A stretch of DNA of 64,000 nucleotides from Marsupella aquatica (lineage: Eukaryota > Plantae > Marchantiophyta), in NCBI GenBank assembly GCA_973895155.1, contig OZ316899.1, forward strand, positions 1,263,573-1,327,572. Reading direction: 5' to 3'. The notes under the pieces were generated by a model. That model was not told the origin of the DNA and searched no databases. It saw only the letters and a program-made list of their open reading frames with translations. Shown here in pieces: positions 23,539 through 35,399 of this stretch (position 1 is the stretch's first letter; the number at the start of each line of letters is the position of its first letter). A program made the position numbers and the translations under genes.

Positions 23539-25313
23539 TTTTTGTCTCTTGTAAGCTCCTTTATCCTTTCAATTGTTGGCTAACCTTCAATTCCACCGGT
23601 TCTATCGATTAAGTACTTACTTCCTCTTTCTCTTCCGTTTCTCTTTTGAGCAGGTCAGAATGGAACCAAAGAAAATGGTTTCAACTCCGGAGGAAAGTGG
23701 CTTGAAATGTAATCATCACTCCCGAGAAGCCGTTTGTGTTGCCATCATACGCTAAGAACGTCGCGAGGAAGGCAGAGAAATTTAGGACGCTCTGCTGGGA
23801 AACAAAAGGACTTAGGCTTCTTAGGGGAGTAGACAGAAAGTTCATGAGGAACCCCTACATAGATGATGTTTCTAGAAGCAAGTATATTGATGACGAGGCA
23901 GAGTTGACCGACAGATCTCATAGCTCCTAGAATGATAGCTTAGAATCTGACACTTAAGGGTAGCAATTTTCTCCTCTATCAACTATACCTCTCAATTGTA
24001 CGCGTATGCCCTTGGTTTTTGTTAGCGCCTGGCGCTATTGAATTTATTAAATCGGAATTAGTTTGAGGAAGATTGCCACTTCCATTCAGTGGTTAATGGG
24101 TTTGTCAAACCTGGTAATGGGGTCTTTCATAACATCCTTTGTGTGGGTTCCTCTCCTTGTTTAACTAGCGCCCGACGCTCCCCAAAATGGTACCCCCTAA
24201 AAAATAGGTTGGAAGTTTCCGTTTGAAATTTTTTTGTTTCCGTCCAATGGTCATTTGGCTTTCAGTCGGAGACTGGTACCGAGAAGAGGACCAATAATGA
24301 GAAATCCAAGTGCCTTATAAACATACTATTGTGTCTGGGATATCAAAACATTATCAGTTCCGCACATTGCTTGCTTCTTTCAAAGTCCATTGCACTCGTT
24401 TTTCTCCTTCTCGATTCCATGGAAGGCCATTTTGGAAGCTCCAATGTAGGGCCACATCCGGATCTTAATAACTCTGGTATTGTTAGAGATATGGGAATGG
24501 AGATTGGCGCACATAGGGTTATTGAAGGAGATCACGTTCTTCCCGTTTTGACTCACTTTACTTCATTCGAGACAAGGACTGAATCTGTTGAGACAAACCA
24601 CAGACTTTGTCAATCGCCTCCATCTTGCGCCGGATGAAGGTATCAGTCCCGGGGAGAGGAACATCCCTTGGCAGCGTGATGTTCCGTCGCCCCTGTTTAT
24701 GGAGAGGTTTTCTGTTCACCTGTCCGAACCCATGCAGGTGCCATTGCCTCTCCATCGTCAACTTTAGGAGATGTATGGACGTGTCGACTTTCAAGAACAA
24801 ATCTCCCAGAAGCGGGTTTTCGGAGACCAGTGTATCGACGGCCCACGAGAGCATATGTCAACTTCTGATTAGATGGTTTCCGCCAAGATCCAGATCGTCA
24901 GGATGCTGGGATTGACAATGACTGTCACTCTTCAAGCTAGGACATGGTACAAGGAAGCACCCACCGGGAGTATTAGCGTCTGGCGCTAGTTACAATTGTA
25001 TTGGAAACTTTAGTGTTTCTATGTAGCAATATTTGTACATCGAGGATAATATCTTTCACTTAAATAAAAAAGCTCAAGTTTGTTTTCTTTCAATTTCCCG
25101 TTTGAAATTCTGACTAAGATACATTGGTTAAGTCCTGCTTCTGTGCTTTGATATTGAACCTAGACTGTTAGAAATGTTTGGTTTCTATTTGGCTCTCAGC
25201 CTGAACATCACTCCTATGTTCTCGTGATTTGCTCCACAAAGCATGTGAAGCGCCCGACTCTAGTATTCGGCATGTTTGGGCGATTAATGTTTCATTATTT
25301 TGGGTTTGAACGT

Positions 25314-26032
25314 TGTCATGCCAAAAGATTTTGGCTCAGGAATGGCTTTTATAGGGGATGATAGGCGAGGCCTCCCGGTTGGGTTGCGTGCATGCTGACT
25401 CGGAGGGGCTGCTTGGTTGGATGGATTGAGGTTTGGTGATTGGGTGACTGGTCGTCACCAGGTTTGGTGTTTGGGTGAGTCTCAAGGCTTGGAGTTTGGA
25501 TGAGCCTCGCTGATGGCAGCTGGCTCAGGCTGGATGGTTGGGTTTCCGATGCTACTTAAGACTTGAGCCTCGGCTCATTGAGGTTGGCGGTTGTCTATGG
25601 AGATCTGTTGAGTTACGTTCTGTGAGTTCCGCTTCGTTCTGCAGAACTCGACTATTGTGCGGCAGTTTTGGAGTTTTGAACGAGTGTTGGATCCAGGTGT
25701 GGAGTTTTTGATCCAGGCCGGGGTTTTTCTCAAATTTGGAGTCTCATTGATCCAGGCGGGGATTTCTCAAGTTTGGAGTTTTTTGATCCAGGCGGGGATT
25801 TTTCTCGAGTTTGGAGTCTCGTTGATCCAGGCGGGGATTTCTCAAGTTTGGAGTCTTGTCAATCCAGGCGAGGATTTCTCAAGTTTGGAGCCTCGTTGGT
25901 CCAGGCCCAAGTTCCGTGTGAGCTATTTTAGACTAGTGGAGTAGCTAGTCGAGTTTTGGTTTTGTGAGCTAAGGAGGATAGTTTTTCCGTCAGATTTTGG
26001 GTAGTTAGTCACTTGAGGAGTTATACTCGACA
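25314..26032 (+). repeat. Putative 5' LTR of the second gypsy family
   Basis: TGTC...GACA termini. Segment 25455-25590 is related to the insert at 9890-10000. No partner LTR is in the window, so the ends are tentative. Confidence 0.45.
25690..25910 (+). repeat. Tandem array of ~36-39 bp units (GATCCAGGCGGGGATTTCTCAAGTTTGGAGT...)
   Basis: Unit starts at 25710, 25749, 25785, 25824, 25861 and 25898, plus a partial unit at 25690. Confidence 0.85.
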
Positions 26033-26202
26033 AGTTAGAGGTAGCGGCCCGCCGTAGGGCCAGCCACAAGACTCTTGCGGGCAAGCTTACTTGAGGGCAC
26101 CTATTGTAACCTTTGTGAGAAAAGTAAAAAAATATAAAGGAGTGAGAGTTCGCTCCAAAAAGTGCTTGTCGCCTGTCCCAATCGCAGCCATAAACGCGTA
26201 GT

Positions 26203-27213
26203 TTGCCCGAGGAGCCCCTAACTTTAAGTCCTCACGACATTGGCGACCATACTGGGGATTCCTTGGGGCGATTGGATGAGATGGGTGACTATGACAAAGT
26301 CAATCAGATATCAAACATTGTCATGTCGATGATGAGAACCATAAGGAAGGAAGAGCTTGAGTCAAAAAGGGCAAACAGGGGGGGTATTTACAAACGACAG
26401 GAAACAGCAAACAGTAACAGAAACCATAAACTAGTAACAGGAAAATGAGTGGTAATTTTTTTTGAATTTTTTTTGAAATTTTTTTTGGAGCTCCTAAGGG
26501 AGTTCAAGAGAAGGGTGTCTTAGTTACCGAAGCGGGATGTGGGAATCATCGAGTTGCAGCGCTCGACACTCTTCTTGAGGGCAGCCGATGAGGACCTTCG
26601 AGAGGAGCTTGAGAACGCGATGGAGCTGCTGGAACCTTTGAGAGTTACCTTGTCTAACGACTGGAACCAAGTTGAGAAAGCGGTGTCAAAAGTGAGCAAT
26701 CGACACCGGCGGTGAGAGCTAGACAAGGAGGCTACCACTCTCGATCTAAGGCCGCCGGAGCCGATATTGAGGAAAGGGAAGCGAGAACCAGCGAAGGATG
26801 AGATCAAACCATCGGTGGATGATCTCGCGGAAATGATGCAGAACCTGAAGATCTTGGCGGCACATGCGGTCAAGAATCCAAAACCAAGGGTTGCGAGTGC
26901 TCCCAAGAGGAAGCAAGAGATGCAGAGTTGGCCATGCATGTGGTGCGACAGCAAAGAGCATGACAAACGGGAGTGCCTGGACCTGAGGGAAGCTGCGGAT
27001 AAAGGGCTGATCAAGTTCGTCGGTGAAGTTGATCAGAAAAAGATATCGTTTGCCGATACTGAAGAGCCGATGGTGAAGGTTTGGAGCAAAGATGGGAAAG
27101 AGGTGGTTCAATTTCCGGCTGTTTTACCTGGAAACGAGAGGAAAAGGAAAGGGTTGAGGACTGAGAGTGCCGACTCTGGTCCAGGTCCAGAAAACGACTT
27201 GGCACTTTGCTGA
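26203..27213 (+). pseudogene. gag of the second gypsy family, interrupted by a DNA-transposon end
   Basis: Knuckle CMWCDSKEHDKREC in ORF 26767..27213. The reading frame is broken at 26378-26490. Confidence 0.7.
26378..26490 (+). repeat. Orphan TIR fragment, near-identical to the reverse complement of 39930-40030
   Basis: GGGGGGGTATTTACAAACGACAGGAAACAGCAAACAGTAACAG...GAGTGGTAATTTTTTTTGAA is present in both. Confidence 0.85.
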
Positions 27214-28676
27214 AAAGAGTGGATCGGCGGAGTGCTCGTTCCTTAGCTCCTTGTGAAGGGGAAAACACAATGGATAATGGAGAGGAAGAGCCACTCGAAT
27301 GTGCGGAGTCTAACTTGGGAAGGGACAAGCTGGAGAAGGAGTTGGAAAGGCAGTACTTGTCTATGGTCGTGCTTGTATACTCGAGTACCAAATACAAGAC
27401 GGTCGACAAGAAGGTGAGGCCGGCGGCAATACCTTTGCCGGACGATGCGATGGAGGTTATGGATCGAGCGAGATTGGAACTAAGGCTGAGGCCAACTGAT
27501 CGGATAGGGCATAAGTTTACTCAAGAGAGTTTGGCAAAGCTTAAGATTGGTTCGGATGGGTTACTTACGGAGGTGGAGCAAGTGGCATTTTGAAAGATGA
27601 TAATGGAGCATGGCAAGGGATTCTCATTTTTAATTGAGGAGATTGGTTGTGCGGACCCGAGTAAGGTAACACCGATGGTCATTTTTACTGTCCCTCATGT
27701 TCTGTGGGATCTGAAACCGATTTTGGTTCCGCGGGCTTTAGCTCCAAAGCTTGCAGAACTGCTTAAGGAGAAGCTGAGTGCTAGGATTCTCGAGAGGTCT
27801 GATGCTCCCTACTCGAACAAATGGTTTACAGTGAGAAAGAAGAATGGAAGCTCGAGGTTCATTCAGGATATGCAACCTCCGAACAAGATGACCATCAGGA
27901 ATGTGGGAGTTGGGCCACTCGTGGATGAGTTTGCAGAGGAGTTCGCTGGGAGGGCGATCTACTCCATGGGTGATTTGTTTTTGGGTTACGACCAGTTCCA
28001 GTTGGTGCAAGAGAGCCGAGACATTACGACTATGAGGACCCCGCTGGGCCTCTTGAGGATGTGCACTCTTCCTCAAGGGGCGACGAACTCAGTAGCGCAC
28101 ATGGAAAATGCGATGAGTAAAATCTTGGAGCCGTTCATTTTGGAAAAAACGAGACCGTTCATTGATGATGTCCCGATAAAGGGGTGCTTGGCTGAAGGGA
28201 AGGATGAGACCTTGAGGAGTGATGGGATCCGGCAGTTTGTGTGGGATCACATTGCGGATGTTAAGGCGGTTCTCAAGAAGCTGATTGATGTGGGAGTCAC
28301 TCTTTCGGGGGAGAAGTCTGAATTCAGGATGAAAGAGGTGAAAGTCGTTGGGCAAATGTGCGGATCTTATGGAAGGAAGCCGAAAATGGATAAGGTGAGA
28401 GCTATTAGCGAGATGAAGGATTGCAAATCGGTGCCGGAAGTTTGGAGGTTTTTGGGTGCTTGTGTCTTTTACAAGATCTGGATCCCTCACTTCTTGCACC
28501 TGGCGGACCCGCTCTATGAGCTATTGAGGAAAAAGGTTAAGTGGGGATGGCTACCCGAGCATAGTGAAGCAATGGCTAAGCTTAAGAGTGCTCTCATGAG
28601 CCCGCCAGTTCTCCGAGCTGCAAACAATGAGAGTGGGCGACCACTGATCATGACTGTTGATGCGAGTATAAGGTAA
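27207..28676 (+). pseudogene. Reverse transcriptase, truncated at the start of RNase H
   Basis: PYSNKWFTVRKKNG..RFIQD...YSMGDLFLGYDQ...LPQGATNS...PFIDD...FLGACVFY...PLIMTVDAS then a stop. Confidence 0.9.
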
Positions 28677-28972
28677 CAATAAAGGTCGATGCCGATTTCT
28701 AGGTCAGTTAGATGATAAAGGAAAGGATCCAACGGTTGAGATCCAGCGGGATTAGAGTTATGACCTAATCCATGCTTGATCACAAGGACCCCTAAGTGGC
28801 GGCTTTGGAGTAAGGTGACCAATTCTCTATCATTTTGCATTCTCGTGTACACGGTTTCAACATTGAGGAGCGACTATCAATCGAGTGCATGTGGTGGATT
28901 GGGAGATTGCACAAGTTCTTGGCATTCGGTGGAATGAACACGGTGAATTAGGCAGGGAAGTTTTGGGGCTGT

Positions 28973-31900
28973 TTGCTTGAAGAAGCAAGGCAGCTGATAC
29001 CTACGTATGAAGACGTTGAGCCGGAGAGCGCAGCCAGAGAACGAGCGGAGCTTGCGCGATTGTGGGGAATTCACAAGACGACATTTGTAGATACGGAGGA
29101 GGTGTTGGAAAAGTTCTCGTGGACACCCACCAGTGCAGAGCTTGACGAATTGCTGATTCGAGAGAATAAGGTCGTGGGGATTAGGGAGGCAATCAAGAAC
29201 GCAGGGTAGCCACTTTGGGAGTTGAAGGGTCACACTACGAAGTGGGCGAAGGAAGCTATTCTCGGGGAGTATTCAGGCGCTGAAGAGATGAAGCGCAAGG
29301 GAGGTTCGGCATCCGCCACTCCAGCAAAGCGAACTAGGTTGGAGAGACCAATCAAGATGGAATCCGGGCCAGTTAGAGATCGGGCTGTAGAGGATAAAGC
29401 CATGACAAGGTGGGCGAACAGGTTACCTGCCAATTTACAATTACAGTTCGCAAGAGATGAGGATGAGGTCTTCAGTGCCATTCAGGATAATAAATATGCA
29501 GGATATATGAATGACACTGGGTTGGAGGGCTTTGTCAGGTTGTCCTGGAGGATGGTAGACATACAGGATGAGGATCTGTTGGACTTTGTGGGATGCTGGG
29601 AGGCTTCTTCCAACATGACGCTGCTATATGGAAAGGTGTTTGAACTAACACCTGCGCTTATCAAAGCCGTCTTCGCTTTACCAACAGGAAGGAAAACTAA
29701 GGTGGAGCAGAGGAAGACGTTGTCGGATGACCAGTTCAGGTTATTTCCAGGGCCTTCCACTAAGAATGGGTTTTTCAGGAATCAATGTACCAACCCGCAT
29801 ATAGGGAAGCTGATTGATTTCCTGAGAGTCACGTTGCATTGTACCTTGCCGAGAGCAGAAATCGGCAAAGCCCAGGTATTTTTGGTGGAGAATATCGATG
29901 CAAGCCGAGACTACAACGGCTATCTCTTAATGCAGTTGAAGAAGGCATTAAATGAAGAGAAGCAGAGCATTGGGGAGGGAGCGGTATCCAGACTAGGGTA
30001 CCATCTGCAATTACTTTGCCGATATACAAGAAGCCAGTCTTTTGCACTAGTGTTGCCTATACAGAAGCGGATGCCGATCACTGCACCACTTGAGGAGGTG
30101 GAGGAGGACGAGGAGCCTCTAAGCAAACAACGTCATGGGAGGAGGTTGGCAACACTGGCAACACGAGAACGGGAGCATTCCCCTATCAAGGAGCCAGAGG
30201 TAGTCACATATGATGTAGTGAGAAATCCCGCCGGCCTACTCGTAATAATCCATATGTAGGCATCCAATTAGTCGAGAGGAAGATGACTGCCAAAGAGAGA
30301 AAGAAATATGACAAGCGAATGGATTCAGAGACAGATGAGGAGGTAAGCCGAAGCCAGGAGAGGCCGGTATTAAGAGCTTCTAACAGAGCCCAAGTGGAGG
30401 GACCTGTGGAGGAAGGTCAACCAGCAGCAGACCAACAATATTCGGAGGAAGAGATCGAGGGCTTTGGAGGAGAGGCCGGCATGCTAGGTAGTCAGGTTAA
30501 TGTCGATGATTACGACGATGACTATGTCGATCACGGGGAGAGGCCGGTACCAGGAGTTAGAACGATGGGAAGGTTTTGTAGAAGACTTCCCGCGGTCTTC
30601 TATGGCAAGCCGGAGGACCAGAAAACACCAGAATCTCCTCCACCAGATGTGACGCCATTGGAATTTGACAAGATGAAGGTAGGTGAAGCCGGGCTACATG
30701 AGAGGATTAAGGAGTGGGGGGCCCGGAATGCAGAACAGGAATGCCAGCTACCAGGAGGAGAGTGGCCGGAAGAAATAAGACGGCTTAGTGAGAGGCAGGC
30801 CAAACCTCTCATTGACTTTGATCAATTATGGGCAGAGGCTTGGGAGAGACGACCTCGATGGCAGATGCCAGTATCACCTGGGAGGTCAAACTATGCAAGA
30901 AATCGGGCTAAGGAGTATGGAGACATGTGTGGACTCTTAGCCTTAGAAATCTTCGGTAACAAGTTGGAATCCGGGCCATTTCTTAGAAAAGAAGTGGCTG
31001 ATCAAACGAGACTGGAGGAGGCAATGACGTTGGAGCAGTTAAAGAAAGAGGAGGTAATTGCTCGGCTTTGCTCCATGGAAGCCAAAGTTGCTAAGACGAA
31101 GTCTGGACAACCAACTCAGCAGGATCTCTTGGCCAAGCAGCAGGAATTAGAATTGGCAAACAACCAATTGGAAAACTACCAATTGGATAACCAGCAGATC
31201 AAGGAAAAATTGACGAAGGTAGAGCTGGAGTTAGCCAATTCAAAAGCAGAAGTACAGGGTCTAAATCGCCAAGTTGAGAGGCTCAAAAAGACGGCTAAGG
31301 ATCAGGCCACCCAGAGCGAGAAGGCCTTGGCAGAAGCCCAAAGGAAGTATGACAAGTTACTCGACCGGTTGGATACCATGCGTGAGAAGCATGATGACGC
31401 CATGTGCAATGCGGCCAATGCTCACCTAAAACGGGTTCAACAGATACGCAAGGAGCTAACCAGGACAAAGCAGGCATGGATGGACGAGGTCACAAAGCTG
31501 GAAGGCATCAACGACTCCTTGAAAGCAGCCGTAGATAAGCAAGAGTTGGAGATCGTGCAGATCTTGAATGAGGAGCTGAAGATGGCCAGGTCCGAGATAC
31601 AACGGCTTAACGATGAAGTTGAAGATGTATCTCAAGAATTGGAGGAGGCCAGGGATAAGATGCTCGGGTTGCAGAAGCGTGCCGACAATAAAACGGAGAG
31701 AAATTGAAGAAGTATGTCAAAGCGGGATATGGGTCACCAACTGAAAGGCTTCCCGTCAGTAGTATGGTAGGCGGAAATAAAGTGAAGCCGAGTCCGAAGC
31801 CGAGCTCACTATTGTCAAGCGTGACTGGGGGCAAAGCCATGCAGTTGGTGGTAGATTTGGCAAAGACGTTCATGGGGCCAGGCGATAATAAAGTTAAGCC

Positions 31901-32285
31901 CCTTAAAGCCACTCTGGAGGAAGTTGAGAGCATGGCCGCTCACATTTGTGGTACTGTGGCCCTGAAGGCAGTTGTGGTAGAGGTAAGTACTGCGGATCAA
32001 CTTGGAGCTGCGGTAACAGGTTTAGACGATGGTACTGTTTCTATGGACGCCCAGAACGTGAAGCCGTGGGTTATCGAGACCGAGCGCATCGGGGAGCGGG
32101 CTTGGATTGAGGAAGTTAAGGCAAAAGCTCTCCAAGTTGTTTCCCAGGAGGATGCCGATGCAGCAGCCGATGCCGGGGCCGACAAACCAGAACCCAAAGT
32201 CGAGGAAGCCGAAGGGGTCAAGCCGGAGCCGATGACAAGAGAAGGTGCAGAGTCGGAAGATTCAGACTTACCCCCGACCATTTGA
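28973..32285 (+). pseudogene. Extra post-pol ORF of the second gypsy family (~1100 codons in pieces; C-terminal coiled coil)
   Basis: ORFs 28973..29209, 29222..30259, 30283..31707 and 31704..32285. Homologous to 1-2783. Confidence 0.8.
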
Positions 32286-34873
32286 CAATTAAGGAGGGCC
32301 AATCATTGGTTGGAAGGAGGACATGGCGACAGGAGAAGGGCTTGGGCCAGAAGGGCGCGGCCGTTGTAGGATGGGACAGGGCAAGTAGCGCCCTATCGGC
32401 ATAGGTAGTATTAGATGCTCGGTTCACACAGGGTTCCGGGCTAGTCAAGTTTTTAGGTGATAGTTTTTTGGTAGGATTATCGCGGTGGAAGGCCGTGAGT
32501 TGTGGTTAGGATTTCCGCCTTTTCCCTTGAATGCGCTGCAAGGATAAAAACCTAGGCAGCGTGGCTCGGGGGGCTTTTTCTTAGTCAAGGCTTTAGTGTA
32601 AATCTGTATTGTTGTGCACACGAAGCTGTCGGCTAAATCTAGACCGCAGGGTATCAGTAAACCACCAGTTCCATTGGATTTCTAAGCAATTGTTTGAATT
32701 GAGTTGGCCTCGTTGCATAGTTCGCAGATTCTTGCCATCCAAGGAAGTGGAGTGTTATGATATCTGTTGCTTGATCGATTTAAGTTAGATAGGGTGAATT
32801 GTTGAGCAAAATACAATCGCATTGTCTTGATTGGAGACTGTCCAATCAAACTCTGAGAGAAAAGTGAGGATTGAGAGTGTTTAGTCGGTGAAGTGTGGGT
32901 TGAGTCAGTCTAAAAAAGACCTTCAGCCGGCTTAAGAAATTAAGCCGTAGGGGTACATTCTGGGGGCGGAATACAAATATACCTGAAGAAGTTAAAGAGG
33001 AATTAGGTGTCTCAGTTGTGTACAATTCACAAGCCCAATGAAAGAATCGGTCCGGTAAGTGTGGATCGAAGGAGAGGACCACATTTCCAAACCAAATAGC
33101 TGCCAGACGGCAAGAGGACGGACATAAACGAGTGGTTTATGATCGACTGAGGGTAGTTCTTGGGGTTAGAGGTCTTGGAAAATGCGCCACATAAGCCCAT
33201 TGAAGGAAGTATGACAAGTTACTCGACCGGTTGGAGGCCATGCAAGAGAAGCATGAGGACGCCACGTGCACTGCGGCCAATGATCACTTGAGCCGAGTTC
33301 AACAGATACGCAAGGAGCTGCAAGAGGAGATAACCTGGACAAAGCAGGCATGGACGGATGAGGTCACAAAGCTGGAAAGCATCAACGATTCCCAGAGAGC
33401 CGCTTTGGATAAGCAGGAGTTTGAGATCGTGCAGATCTTAAACGAGGAGCTCAAGACGGCCAAAGAGGAGGCGCATCGGCTCAATGAGGAAGTACGTTGA
33501 GGATTTATCCCAAGAGCTGGAGGAGGCCAAAGACAAGATGATCGGCTTGTAGAGGCGTGCAGATAATCAAACAGAGAAGTTGCGGAAGTATGCCGAAGTC
33601 GGGCACGGATCACCAACTGGACAGTCTCCCGCTAGTGGCGTGGTAGCCGGAAATACTGAAGTGCCAAAGCCGACATCTATATTGTCAAGAGTAACTGGGG
33701 GTAAGGCAATGCAGTTGGTAGCAGATCTGGCCAAAACATTCATGGGGCCAGCAGGTACCTGGACTACCATGGAAGATCGATACCGAACGGATTGGAGAGC
33801 AAGCTTGGATTGAGGAAGTAAAGGCCAACTCTATCCAAGCTGTTTCCCAGGAAGATGCCGCTGCCGATGCCGGGGCCGATAAATCAGAACCCGAGGTCAA
33901 GGAAGCCGAAGGGATCAAGCCGGAGCCGATGGCAGGAGAAGGTGCAGAGTCAGAAGATTTGGGCCTACCGCCGGTCATCTGACAATTAAGGAGGGCCAGT
34001 CGTCGGTTGGAAGGAGGACGTGGCGCTAGGAGAAGGGCTTGGGCCAGAAGGGCACGGCCGTTGTAGGATGGGACAGGGCAAGTAGCGCCCTGTCGGCTTA
34101 GGTTGTATTAGATGCTCGGTTCCCGCAAGGTTCCGGGTTAAGTCAAAATATGTTAGGTGTTAGTTAATTAGCTGGATTTCGCAGTGGAAGGCCGTGATTT
34201 GTGGTTCGGATTTTCGCCGATTCCCTTGGATGCGCTGCAAGGATAAAAACCTGGGCAGCGTGGCTCGGGGGGCTTTTTCTTAGTCAAGACTCTAGTGTAA
34301 AGTCTGTATTACTAACATAACCTCTTGGCTAAAATCTAGACCGCGGATTATCACAATTTCCATTTCTGTGCAATTGTTTGAATTGAGTTGTCCTTGTTGC
34401 CTAGTTTGTAGATTCTTGTAGTCATGGCATTGTGTGTTGTGATACTTGTCGCTTGATCGATTTGAGTCAGATAGAGCGACTGCGAAGCTATACGATTGCA
34501 TTGTCTTGATTGGAGACTGCCAAATCAAACTCTGAGAGAAAAGTGAGGATTGAGAGTGTTTTGTTGGTTAAAGTGTGGGTTGAGTCGGTCTGAGAAAAAC
34601 CTTCAGCCGGCTTAAGAGATTAAGCTGTAGAGGTACATTCTTGGGGCGGAATACAAACATACCCGACGAAGTCAATTGAGAATTAGGCGTCTCAGCAATA
34701 CCCAATTTGCAAGCCCAGTGAAAGAATCGGTCTAGCATAGTGTGGATCGAGAGTAGACCGCGTATCCAAGCCGAATGACAGCCAAACCACCCATAAACCG
34801 ACCATAAGTAGGGGTTCATGGCCGGTTGTAGATAGTTCTTGGGGTTAGAGGGTTGGGAAACGCACCACAGAAG
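31342..34873 (+). repeat. Diverged tandem duplication (units about 31342-33194 and 33204-34873)
   Basis: AGGAAGTATGACAAGTTACTCGACCGGTTGGA starts both units, and both end GGGTTAGAG...GAAA..C.CCACA.AAG. The second unit has an internal deletion near 33770. Confidence 0.85.
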
Positions 34874-35074
34874 ACTAAAGATGGGATGCTTTGTATGTTT
34901 TTGTGGGATTTCAGGTAGTTGAGTTTTTAACCTTGACCGAAAGTATCAACTCCGGACCAAAATTTTGTCTCGGAAATATAAGGGGCAAGTCCAGTATGTG
35001 CATATTGACAACATTGATTTAAGGAATATTCTGTTTTACATGTTATCTTGACAATCTTTGTATGTCTTGTTCTC

Positions 35075-35136
35075 AAACATTTTTCCTGTTTGTTTCCTGT
35101 TTCCTTTTTATTGTTCCTGTCACGGTCGTTATAACC
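35075..35136 (-). repeat. TIR-like sequence, candidate right end of the Mutator-like element
   Basis: The reverse complement resembles 14491-14540. Confidence 0.5.
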
Positions 35137-35399
35137 ATGAAGCAATAGCATGCACTTTATGACAAAACATAGTTCAAGCCTAAATTAACAAAACGCATTT
35201 TATGGCACCAATTCAGCACTACCAATTTACAGTTAGTTGAAACAAATTAGTCATTTGGCCTTCACAATACCTCTTTGCTGAACACAAAATTGCCTCCATA
35301 GTATCGGATGTGAGCTTGTAACCCTATGATCCCCTTATAACCTTTGTTGGCACAAGGCCAAATCCCATGTGAATAACAGAAGCCACATCAACATAGCTT

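Larger units (their letters stand above)
14865..25262. repeat. Dispersed 15-bp palindrome family TAGCGCCWGGCGCTA / TAGCGCCCRACGCTA (16 copies)
   Basis: Perfect copies start at 14865, 19155, 19506, 20666 and 24023. Variants start at 14974, 16664, 16778, 19207, 19352, 22026, 22097, 22879, 24166, 24974 and 25248. A further variant is at 39876. Confidence 0.9.
25314..34873 (+). mobile_element. Non-chromovirus Ty3/gypsy element with an extra 3' ORF, copy 2; integrase deleted, no 3' LTR found
   Basis: LTR-like 5' unit, gag with a knuckle, RT, then a long extra ORF and a duplicated 3' region. Confidence 0.75.
14488..35136. mobile_element. Mutator-like (MULE) DNA transposon with cargo genes; native body about 14.5-25.3 kb plus 34.9-35.1 kb, interrupted by a Ty3/gypsy insertion
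   Basis: Transposase motifs, a family palindrome dispersed over 14865-25262, and inward-facing TIR-like ends. The right boundary is inferred and no TSD was confirmed. Confidence 0.55.

Noticed and set aside
14865-25262. Bacterial contamination or recent HGT suggested by ParB, MTase and CCWGG sites
   Set aside because: The genes have GT-AG introns and acidic low-complexity tails and are interleaved with plant retroelements. Any prokaryotic origin would be ancient.
25690-25910. CRISPR-like array of ~37-bp units
   Set aside because: The units are contiguous tandem repeats with no unique spacers and no cas genes, in a eukaryotic context.
28973-32285. Envelope (env) gene
   Set aside because: No signal peptide or transmembrane-length hydrophobic stretch is visible. 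The protein is charged and coiled-coil, so it is called an extra ORF only.
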